The notes below the pieces were generated by a model. That model was not told where the DNA came from. It worked only from the letters and a program-made list of their open reading frames with translations, and ran no database searches. A program made the position numbers and the translations under genes. Shown piece after piece: positions 1 to 8,515 of a DNA stretch of 11,687 bases; positions within the stretch are counted from its first letter, which is position 1, and the number at the start of each line of letters is the position of its first letter. This DNA comes from Octopus sinensis. Lineage: Eukaryota. The stretch spans positions 1 through 11,687 of the forward strand of contig NW_021826915.1 in assembly GCF_006345805.1 (NCBI RefSeq). The letters are read 5' to 3'.

Positions 1-2
1 GG

Positions 3-341
3 AAGATCCTAGAAGGACTTGTCCCAAACTTTGGCATCGAGAGTTACACAAATGCCAGAACCGGGCGCCACTGCGTCGTGCCAAGGACTACAAATTTGCC
101 ATCAAGATGTAGGACAAGATACTGTGATAGCCTGGGCTTCCGAGGCCCACAGCTCTTCAATATCCCCCCGAAGAACCTAAGAGACCTGCATGGAGTGGAT
201 GCAGATGTCTTTAAAATGAAACTGGATCTCTTCTTGTCAGGTGTCCCAGATGAACCAACTTCACGGCAGGAGGTGCAGATGAGGGCAGCTGCATCGAACT
301 CTCTCATGCACCAAATGGCAGTTGCTAAAAAGCATTCGTGA
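3..341 (+). mobile_element. C-terminal end of ORF2 (reverse transcriptase polyprotein) of a CR1-group (CR1/L2/Crack-like) non-LTR retrotransposon; runs off the window start
   Basis: Frame 3 is open from 3 to the TGA at 339-341: KILEGLVPNFGIESYTNARTGRHCVVP...SLGFRGPQLFNIPPKNLRDLHGVDADVFKMKLDLFLSGVPDEP. This matches the CR1-group ORF2 C-terminal pattern (KILEGLVPN ... GP.LFN.LP..LR ... FK.KLD.FL). Exact clade not determinable by eye. Confidence 0.8.
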
Positions 342-432
342 AGTAAAATCATGTAGCAATACTGAATGGCGGTGCCCCAGCATGGCCACAGCTTGTGAGC
401 TGAAACTAGATAAATATAAAGAAGATAAAGAT
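342..432 (+). mobile_element. LINE 3' UTR with terminal stem-loop and short (AGATAAA)-like tail
   Basis: Follows the ORF2 stop. Contains hairpin CAGCT-TGTG-AGCTG (389-402), then agataaa tataaa ga agataaa gat running into (TA)n. Homologous to the SINE tail at 9213-9253. Confidence 0.65.
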
Positions 433-450
433 TTATATATATATATATAT

Positions 451-625
451 AACGGGAAGGTTTACGAAAATAAACAAAGACGAAGGCAGGTGGAGTACAA
501 ACAAACAATTGTATTAGTATGGCGCTCAGGAATATAAATAAAACAAGTCTTTTACGTTTCGAGCCTACGCTCTTCGACAGAAAGATACACAGAAAAGAAA
601 CACGGAGAGAAACAAGGAGAGAAAA
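451..625 (-). mobile_element. Short non-coding Penelope-like (pLTR-type) segment, copy A
   Basis: Near-identical to 9745-9905, and both abut (TA)n at the same end. The minus strand carries CTGTCGAAGAGCGTAGGCTCGAAACGT, resembling the CTGAYGA...GAAACG signature of Penelope-like terminal repeats. No ORF, so the family assignment is inference. Confidence 0.6.
548..585 (-). ncRNA. Candidate minimal type I hammerhead ribozyme, variant core (copy A)
   Basis: Minus strand reads UCUUU-CUGUCGA-A-GAGC-GUAG-GCUC-GAAA-CG-UA-AAAGA. Stem I is UCUUU/AAAGA (5 bp), stem II is GAGC/GCUC, the palindromic ACGU sits in place of stem III, and the cleavage triplet is GUA. The core differs from canonical CUGANGA at position 6 (U). 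Confidence 0.6.
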
Positions 626-719
626 TATATAAATATGTATACACGCGCAGGGATACACTCGCACTCACACATACACACACATTTGATTATGTTGAATGAT
701 TAATCTCTAAACATTTATT

Positions 720-884
720 TTTCGTTCTTTGTCCATTTTCTTCTCTTATAACTTTTTGTCGAAGTGCGAAGGCTTGAAACATCGAAACCTTTTCCATTCC
801 TCCTGAGCGTCAGTCTAATACACCTGCCTCTTGTTCCTCCGTCTGTCATCGTCCCGTGTCTTCTGTACATTTGAACCATACATA
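720..884 (+). mobile_element. Diverged, inverted relative of the Penelope-like segment (copy B) with decayed hammerhead-like motif at 751-788
   Basis: tgtcgaagtgcgaaggcttgaaac...tcctgagcgtcagtctaataca...ctccgtctgtcatcgtc is collinear with the reverse complement of copy A (ctgtcgaagagcgtaggctcgaaac...tcctgagcgccatactaataca...ctccacctgccttcgtc). Boundaries are approximate. Confidence 0.55.
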
Positions 885-886
885 TA

Positions 887-1634
887 CAAGGTGTGCAAGC
901 TATTTGAGGAGGTATTTTTGGGGGGTCATTGATGCATTTTTTGCTAACTCTGTATAATCTTTGTTTCAGAAAATAATAATGGCAGACCCTCAGCTTATCA
1001 AGAAATGAAGAGGGATGCTGTTATTGGGGTTATAAAGGCTGAGCATAGCGATTTAGAAATATCTTGATTTTTAAAAGTTGCCAGATCTTTCGTCTACAAA
1101 GTTCATAAGGAGTTAGAGACTAAAGATGGAAATGTATCCCCAGTATCAAAGCATAAAAAGCATTTTAAACACTCTGAAATCATCAGAACATCTGAATTTA
1201 TACAGCAAGTTCAAAGGACCGTTGATTACAATCCCAGAAAGTCCATGAGGTCAATTGTAAAAGATCTCCATGTGTCAGAAGGAACAGTCGGTAATGTTGT
1301 CTACAAAGTTATCAGATATAAGTCTTATGTGATGAGGAAAGGTCAGTTTGTCCGAAGAAGCAAAAGAAAATCCCTACATCAGATCTAAAAGGCTTTTAAA
1401 CAAACTGAAAAATCCAGCAGAAGAAGATTTGATTTGGCTTTTCTCAAAGAAGAAAAACTTCGACCAAGATCAAAAAGTTAACAGAAGAAATGACAAATTG
1501 TTACATGCAGACCCTTCTGAAATTCCAAGTGTTATGCATTACAAAATTTCATGGTTTTAGGGGTTGTCAGCAATGAAGGACATGTGATGCCCCCTTTCTT
1601 CTTTCCACAAGGTCTTAGAATTAGATCTGTTGCC
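887..1634 (+). mobile_element. Tc1/mariner (maT/DD37D-like) DNA transposon relic 1: putative left end plus N-terminal part of a transposase pseudogene
   Basis: TA (885-886) is followed by CAAGGTGTG... as a putative left TIR. Broken frames read 1005 MKRDAVIGVIKAEHSDLEIS*FLKVARSFVYKV...NPRKSMRSIVKDLHVSEGTV...YKSYVMRKGQF; 1348 ...KRLLNKLKNP...WLFSKKKNFDQDQKVNRRND (FSDEK catalytic motif mutated); 1551 MVLGVVSNEGHVMPPFFFPQGLR. There is a stop at 1065-1067 and frameshifts near 1349 and 1545. It ends at a SINE junction. Confidence 0.8.
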
Positions 1635-1806
1635 GATACAGCTTGGCACCTGTGACGTCGCAACTCATTCCTACAACTGAGTGAACTGGAGCAACGTGAA
1701 ATAAAGTGTCTTGCTCAAGAACACAACACGCAGCCCGATACGGGATTCGAACTCACAACCTCACGTTCGTGAGCTCGACGCCCTAACCACTGAGCCATGC
1801 GGCTTC
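1632..1806 (-). mobile_element. tRNA-derived CORE-type SINE, 3'-truncated
   Basis: Minus strand has an A box TGGCTCAGTGG (1787-1797) and a B box GTTCGAATCC (1743-1752). These are followed by tgtgttcttgagcaagacactttatttcacgttgctccagttcactcagttgtag, resembling the CORE domain (tgtgaccttgggcaagtcacttaac...cagtttcctcatctgtaaaatg). Confidence 0.8.
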
Positions 1807-1989
1807 ACATACATACATACATACATACATACATACATACATACATACATACACACACACACATACATACATACATACATACATACACACATACATACAC
1901 ACATACATACATACATACATACACACACACATACATACATATACACATACATACATACATACACACATACATACGTACATACACACACA

Positions 1990-2021
<32 letters not shown>

Positions 2022-2130
2022 CATTCATACATACATACATACACACATACATACATACATACATACATACATACATACACACATACATACATTCATTCAT
2101 ACATACATACATACATACATACATACATAC
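1807..2130. repeat. Imperfect (CATA)n/(CA)n microsatellite
   Basis: Directly visible; source of the YIHT/MYVC ORFs in the track. Confidence 0.97.
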
Positions 2131-2243
2131 AAGGCATCGGTCGGCCCGAGGCTATAGTAGAAGACACGTGCTAAAGGTGCCACGCAGTGGGACTGAACCC
2201 GGAACAATGTGGTTGGGAAGCAAGCTTCTTACCACGTAGACGC
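2130..2243 (-). mobile_element. 5' part (tRNA-like head plus degenerate core) of a second SINE family
   Basis: Minus strand reads ...cgtggtaagaagcttgcttcccaaccacattgttccgggttcagtcccactgcgtggcacctttagcacgtgtcttctactatagcctcgggccgacc. It has a B-box-like GTTCAGTCC (2190-2198) and a degenerate A box near 2228-2240, and terminates in (TATG)n. Confidence 0.7.
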
Positions 2244-2447
2244 TGTGTATATGTAATGAGAGAGGGAGTGTGGGGGGAGTAAATATTAGACTTGCGCTTT
2301 TCTTAGGTCACTCTGTTCCGGAAGTGCCTTATATATTCAGTGCGGAATACACCTCTCTTCGGTGGGAGCTCTTCCGGATTTTAGATTAGAATTTTCCTAT
2401 TTATAATTATTTAGATTTGTTGTGATTTTCTTACGACAATTGCTCTT

Positions 2448-2549
2448 AATTTGAGGGCGATTTAACTGCTATTGCTTGCAGTGCAACTCCTTTTTTTTTA
2501 AAGACAGTAAAGTTATGTTTTGGGGAGATTTTGGTAGTTGTTTCTAGCA
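2448..2549 (-). repeat. Two degenerate solo copies of the satellite monomer core, one with an adjacent poly(A) on the minus strand
   Basis: 2448-2481 aatttgagggcgatttaactgctattgcttgcag matches monomer gatttgagggagatttggctgctatttctagcag at 28/34. 2501-2549 aagacagtaaagttatgttttggggagattttggtagttgtttctagca aligns to monomer aagagagtagggtgtgatttgagggagatttggctgctatttctagca and is preceded by T9 (2491-2499). Confidence 0.6.
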
Positions 2550-2589
2550 CTTTGATTGAGCAGGTAGGGAGATATAGTTGCGTGATGGG

Positions 2590-3068
2590 AACGGAATCAG
2601 AAAATGTGAAAGGGAGAAAATGGGAGAAAGAAGGAAGCGTGGGGGTGGAAGGAGAGAATGATAGACAGAAATATAGAAACGGAAAGAGAGAGAGAGAGAG
2701 AGGAAGGAGAGAGAGAGAGAGAGCCAAAGAGTGATAGATAGGAGAGACGAAGAGGGAGTAAATGACGGAGAGGGAAAGGAGGAGAAAAGAGCAAAAGAGT
2801 GAAAGTGAGAGAGGGAGTGAGAGAGAGGGAGTGAGAGAGAGGGAGTGAGAGAGCGACAGAGGGAAGGAGAGGGAAAAATTGAGAGAGCACGTAAAAGGGA
2901 GAGAGAGAGAGAGTGTTTGTGAGTGTATGTATATATATGTCTACACACACATATATATATACACACACATATATGTATATATATATATATATATTTGTAT
3001 CTATCTATCTATCTATCTATCTATATATATAGATATATATATGTGTATTATATATAATATAGATATAT

Positions 3069-3136
<68 letters not shown>
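2590..3136. repeat. Purine-rich (GA)n low-complexity tract followed by (TA)n/(TATC)n/(TG)n microsatellites
   Basis: Directly visible. Confidence 0.9.
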
Positions 3137-3140
<4 letters not shown>

Positions 3141-3301
3141 ATTCATGTATGTGTCTACGTCCGTTGTTGCTTTAGCTTTTGCTGTTATTTAACCCAGAGG
3201 TCATCCACGATGGAACAGGTCTGTGATCAAAGAATACGTAACAATGAGTTCGTCTGTTTCATTATTCCATAGTCTGCAAGAATTCCAAGAGAATGTTATG
3301 C

Positions 3302-6300
3302 AACGTGTCATTCGACGGAGATTTGACTGCTATTTCTACCAGGTCTAGCTACCATATAGAGGTCCCCCTTATTGACTCATACATACATATATACATAGAT
3401 AAGAGGAGGGTGTGAATTGAAAGAGATTTGGCTGCTATTTTTACCAGGTCTAGCACCATGTAGAGTCTCCCTCTTGGCTCATACATCATATATACATAGA
3501 TAGAGAGTAGGGTGTGATTTGAGGAGATTTGGCTGCTATTTTTACCAGGTCTGGCTACCATGTAGAGGTCTTCATTGGCTCATACATAATATATACATAT
3601 ATAAGAGAGTAGGGTGTGATTTGAGGAGATTTGGCTGCTATTTCTAGCAGGTCTAGCTACCATGTAGAGGTCTCCCTCATTGCTCATTACATACATGTAT
3701 ACATAGATAGAGAGTAGGGCGTGATTTGAGGAGATTTGGCTGCTATTTCTACCAGGTCTAGCTACCATGTAGAGGTTTCCCTCATGGGCTCATACATACA
3801 TGTATACATAGATAAGAGAGTAGGGTGTGATTTGAGGGAGATTTGGCTGCTATCTTCTACCAGGTCTAGCTACCATGTAGAGGTTTCCCTCATTGGCTCA
3901 TACATACATATATACATAGATAAGAGAGTAGGGTGTGATTTGGGGAGATTTGGCTGCTATTTCTACCAGGTCTAGCTACCATGTAGAGGTTTCCTCTGGC
4001 TCATACATACATATATACATAGATAAGAGAGTAGGGTGTGATTTGAGGGAGATTTGGCTGCTATTTCTACCAGTCTAGCTACCATGTAGAGGTTTCCCTC
4101 ATTGGCTCATACATACATGTATACATAGATAAGAGAGTAGGGTGTGATTTGAGGGAGATTTGGCTGCTATTTCTACCAGGTCTAGCTACCATGTAACGGT
4201 CTCCCTCATTGGCTCATACATACATATATACATAGATAAGAGAGTAGGGCGTGATTTGAGGGAGATTTGGCTGCTATTTCTACCAGGTCTAGCTACCATG
4301 TAGAGGTCTCCCTTATTGGCTCATACATACATGTATACATAGATAAGAGAGTAGGGTGTGATTTAAGGGAGATTTGGCTGCTATTTCTATCCAGGTCTAG
4401 CTACCATGTAGAGGTCTCCCTCATTGGCTCATACATCCATATATACATAGATAAGAGAGTAGGGTGTGATTTGAGAGAGATTTGGCTGCTATTTCGACCA
4501 GGTCTAGCTACCATGTAGAGGTCTCCCTCATTGGCTCATACATCCGTATATACATAGATAAGAGAGTAGGGTGTGATTTGAGAGAGATTTGGCTGCTATT
4601 TCTACAAGGTTTTGCTACCATGAAGAGGTCTCCCTCATTGGCTCATACATACATATATGCATAGATAAGAGAGTAGGGTGTGATTTGAGGGAGATTTGGC
4701 TGCTATTTTTACCAGGTCTGGCTACCATGTAGAGGTCTCCTTCATTGGCTCATACATACATATATAATAGATAAGAGAGTAGGGTGTGATTTAAGGGAGA
4801 TTTGCTGCTATTTCTACCAGGTCTAGCTACCATGTAGAGGTCTCCCTCATTGGCTCATACATACATGTATACATAGATAGAGAGTAGGGTGTGATTTGAG
4901 AGGAGATTTGGCTGCTATTTCTAGAGGTCTAGCTACCATGTAGAGGTCTCCCTCATGGTCATGCATAATATATACATAGATAAGAGAGTAGGGTGTGATT
5001 GGAGGGAGATTTGGCTGCTATTTCTACCAGGTCTAGCTACCATATAGAGGTCTCCTCATTGGCTCATACATACATATATACATAGATAAGAGAGTAGGGT
5101 GTGATTTGAGGGAGATTTGGCTGCTATTTCTAGCAGGTCTAGCTACATGTAGAGGTCTCCTCATTGGCTCATACATACATAAATACATAGATAAGAGAGT
5201 AGGGTGTGATTTGAGGGATTTTGGCTGCTATTTCTCGCAGGTCTAGCTACCATGTAGAGGTCTCCCTCATTGGCTCATACATACATATATACATAGATAA
5301 GAGAGTAGGGTGTGATGTGAGGGAGATTTGGCTGCTATTTCTACCAGGTCTAGCTACCATGTAGAGGTCTCCTCATTGGCTCATACATACATATATACAT
5401 AGATAAGAGAGTAGGGTGTGATTTGAGGGATATTTGGCTGCTATTTCTACCAGGTCTAGCTACCATGTAGAGGTTTCCCTCATTGGCTCATACATACATG
5501 TATACATAGATAAGAGAGTAGGGTGTGATTTGAGGGAGATTTGGCTGCTATTTCTACCAGGTCTAGCTACCATGGAAAGGTCTCCCTCATTGGCTCATAC
5601 ATACATATGTACATAGATAAGAGAGTAGGGCGTGATTTGAGGGAGATTTGGCTGCTATTTCTACCAGGTCTAGCTACCATGTAGAGGTCTCCCTCATTGG
5701 CTCATACATACATGTATACATAGATAAGAGAGTAGGGTGTGATTTGAGGGAGATTTGGCTGCTATTTTTACCAGGTCTAGCTACCATGAAGAGGTCTCCC
5801 TCATTGGCTCATACATCCATATATACATAGATAAGAGAGTAGGGTGTGATTTGAAGGAGATTTGGCTGCTATTTCTAGAAGGTCTAGCTACCATGTAGAG
5901 GTCTCCCTCATTGGCTCATGCATACATATATACATAGATAAGAGAGTAGGGTGTGATTGGAGGGAGATTTGGCTGCTATTTCTACCAGGTCTAGCTACCA
6001 TATAGAGGTCTCCCTCATTGGCTCATACATACATATATACATAGATAAGAGAGTAGGGTGTGATTTGAGGGAGATTTGGCTGCTATTTCTACCAGGTCTA
6101 GCTACCATGTAGAGGTCTCCCTCATTGGCTCATACATACATAAATACATGGATAAGAGAGTAGGGTGTGATTTGAGGGATTTTTGCTGCTATTTCTAGCA
6201 GGTCTAGCTACCATGTAGAGGTCTCCCTCATTGGCTCATACATACATATATACATAGATAAGAGAGTAGGGTGTGATTTGAGGGAGATTTGGCTGCTATT

Positions 6301-6519
6301 TCTACCAGGTCTAGCTACCATATAGAGGTCTCCCTCATTGGCTCATACATACATATATACATAGATAAGAGAGTAGGGTGTGATTTGAGGGAGATTTGTC
6401 TGCTATTTCTAGCAGGTCTAGCTACCATGTAGAGGTGTCCCTCATTGGCTCATACATACATATATACATAGATAAGAGAGTAGGGTGTGACTTGAGGGAG
6501 ATTTGGCTGCTATTTCTAC
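3302..6519. repeat. Tandem satellite/minisatellite array, ~107-bp unit, ~30 copies
   Basis: The unit is GGAGATTTGGCTGCTATTTCTACCAGGTCTAGCTACCATGTAGAGGTCTCCCTCATTGGCTCATACATACATATATACATAGATAAGAGAGTAGGGTGTGATTTGAG (e.g. starts at 4154, 4261, 4368). I count 31 unit starts between 3317 and 6497. The left-most units are more diverged. Confidence 0.97.
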
Positions 6520-6624
6520 GAGAACCAGCCACAACATAAACATTTCTCTCTCATTGGGTCATTTTTACGTATATAGATAAACATAACGAGAGAGGGGCGC
6601 GCCGTGATGCAGAGAAAAAATTAT

Positions 6625-6644
6625 ATAAATATGTATATATATAT

Positions 6645-6694
<50 letters not shown>

Positions 6695-6785
6695 CAGAGG
6701 GGGAGGCAAAAACAAACAAAAACATATATGAAAGAAAATAAGAGTGTATAGAAAAATATAAATATAAATATAAATATAAATATAA
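6625..6785. repeat. (TA)n and (TAAATA)n microsatellites with a short spacer
   Basis: Directly visible. Confidence 0.85.
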
Positions 6786-6994
6786 AACCATTTGGAAAGA
6801 AGGCGACGTGCAATGGCTGAGCTAGAATTGGTTTCGCAGAGTTCTACAGAGAAGCGAAGATCAGTCAAGCATTGAGCTGAAATGGTTCCACCGATTCTTC
6901 TATAGATCTCCATTGGCAGTCAGTGTTTCGCTTTGCTTGTTCTGTATATCCGTGAGTGATATCAAGCCCGCCTCACCAACCCCTCCACCGGCCT

Positions 6995-7257
6995 TATTTC
7001 TTTCTCTATTTCTCTGTCTCTCTCTCTCTCTCTGTTTCTTCTTCTCTCTTTCTCTCTATCTCTCTGTTTGTATATCTCTCCATGTCTGGCTGTATGTGTT
7101 CCTATCTCTCTCTCCCTCTTTTTTCTCTCTCTCTCTCTCTCATTCATTCTTACGTACTTTCTCACAAACCCTCTCTGTCTGTAGGTCCCTCTCACTCTGA
7201 CTCTCTCTGTGTGAACATTTTTCTCTCTCATACACTCACTCTTACTCACTCACTCTC

Positions 7258-7308
<51 letters not shown>

Positions 7309-7317
7309 AATAAATAA

Positions 7318-7362
<45 letters not shown>

Positions 7363-7406
7363 ACATACATAACTTTTTGGAATATATATATGTATATATA
7401 TATATC

Positions 7407-7472
<66 letters not shown>

Positions 7473-7492
7473 TATATAGTATATGTATATAT
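6995..7492. repeat. (CT)n-rich tract followed by long imperfect (TA)n
   Basis: Directly visible; source of the SLSL/YIYI ORFs. Confidence 0.9.
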
Positions 7493-7774
7493 GGTTCCCT
7501 CTCTTCACAGACACCAAATTTTTGTCTGGAAATGTCTCTACGTCTACGTATGCCTATTTCTCTGTCTGTCTGTCTGTCTCTGATACATACGAACATCGTC
7601 CACATACTCTTTGTCTATCGGTCGCTCTCTCTCTCTCTCTCTCTCACTCTCTCTTTCTCTCTTAGCTGGTATCCATCATGTACTTTTACTGGCAAATGAC
7701 CAAAGTGAGGTTGCAAAATAGAGTACTAGAGTACTAGATAGACAAATAAACAAAAAAGTGACAGAGAAAAACAG

Positions 7775-7806
<32 letters not shown>

Positions 7807-8076
7807 AGACACTAGCTGACCTCTGATTCAGCCAATAAGATTCTATAAACGCCATCTTTCTCCAAGAATTTAAAATACATCTTCTGCCACAAATGTGCAC
7901 TCTTATCAAGTTCCTAAACACAGACAGAGGAACAGAGAGAGATAGGGGAAGAGAGGTGGCAGAGAGGTTGAGAGGGAAAGCCAACGGACTCTGAAACAGC
8001 CAATCGGAGGCAAGTAATTCCAAACATGTATTTTCATTCCTTGCATAGATACGGCGACACACATTTGAATGCATAT

Positions 8077-8264
8077 ATACTTATTTCTTTATTACCCACA
8101 AGGGGCTAAACACAGAGGGGACAAACAAGGACAGACATAGGTATTAAGCTGATGACATCGACCCCAGAGCGTAAATGGTACTTAATTTATCGACCCCGAA
8201 AGGATGAAAGGCAAAGTCGACCTCGGCGGAATTTGAACTCAGAACGTAACGCAGACGGAATACC
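8077..8264 (-). mobile_element. 5'-truncated tRNA-derived SINE copy, in tandem with the full copy at 8260-8494
   Basis: A 183-bp-period direct duplication of 8260-8447 with 7 substitutions by my count. It retains the B box but lacks the first ~47 nt of the head. Confidence 0.85.
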
Positions 8265-8494
8265 TATTTCTTTACTACCCACAAGGGGCTAAACATAGAG
8301 GGGACAAACAAGGACAGACATAGGTATTAAGCTGATTACATCGACCCCAGAGCGTAACTGGTACTTAATTTATCGACCCCGAAAGGATGAAAGGCAAAGT
8401 TGACCTCGGCGGAATTTGAACTCACAACGTAACGCAGACGGAATACCGCTAAGCATTTCGCCCGGCGTGCTAACCTTTCTGACAGCTCGCCGCC
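8260..8494 (-). mobile_element. Full-length tRNA-derived SINE (~235 bp) with a Meta-domain-like core
   Basis: Minus strand starts GGCGGCGAGCTG..., with a B box GTTCAAATTCC (8411-8421), core GCCTTTCATCCTTTCGGGGTCGATAAATTAAGTACCAG and tail ...GTAAAGAAATAGGTAT. A third copy lies at 10227-10456. The Meta-SINE assignment is from recollection of that domain and needs alignment. Confidence 0.8.
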
Positions 8495-8515
8495 TTATAT
8501 ATGAAAGCATGTATA

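Noticed and set aside
44-664. 206-aa minus-strand ORF
   Set aside because: It is antisense to the LINE ORF2 and crosses a (TA)n tract and the Penelope-like segment, so it is a chance open frame.
1632-1806. tRNA gene
   Set aside because: A and B boxes are present, but there is no acceptor-stem closure and the sequence continues into a CORE-like body, so it is a SINE head.
1711-2174. YIHT/MYVC repeat ORFs, and all similar [12 protein letters not shown] ORFs elsewhere
   Set aside because: These are translations of microsatellites that lack stop codons.
3181-3243. Possible small host exon (…ttatttaacccAG at 3197, donor candidates at 3219 or 3238)
   Set aside because: Donor sites are weak, there is no recognisable peptide, and no supporting neighbouring exons; it cannot be supported without RNA-seq.
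3302-6519. CRISPR array or repeated small-protein genes (MAAISTRSSYHVEVS... ORFs)
   Set aside because: Units are contiguous near-identical 107-mers with no unique spacers and no cas genes, in eukaryotic context. The unit length is not a multiple of 3 and the ORFs start at TTG/CTG and are broken differently in each unit.
3317-6519. Satellite as a tandem hammerhead (retrozyme/newt-satellite-like) array
   Set aside because: No CUGANGA-like core is properly placed relative to GAAA on either strand; the closest is minus-strand CCAAUGAG, which does not fit.
6786-6913. Unique stretch open on the minus strand (MEIYRRIGGTISAQCLTDLRF...)
   Set aside because: No recognisable homology or splice signals, and the ORF runs into microsatellite.
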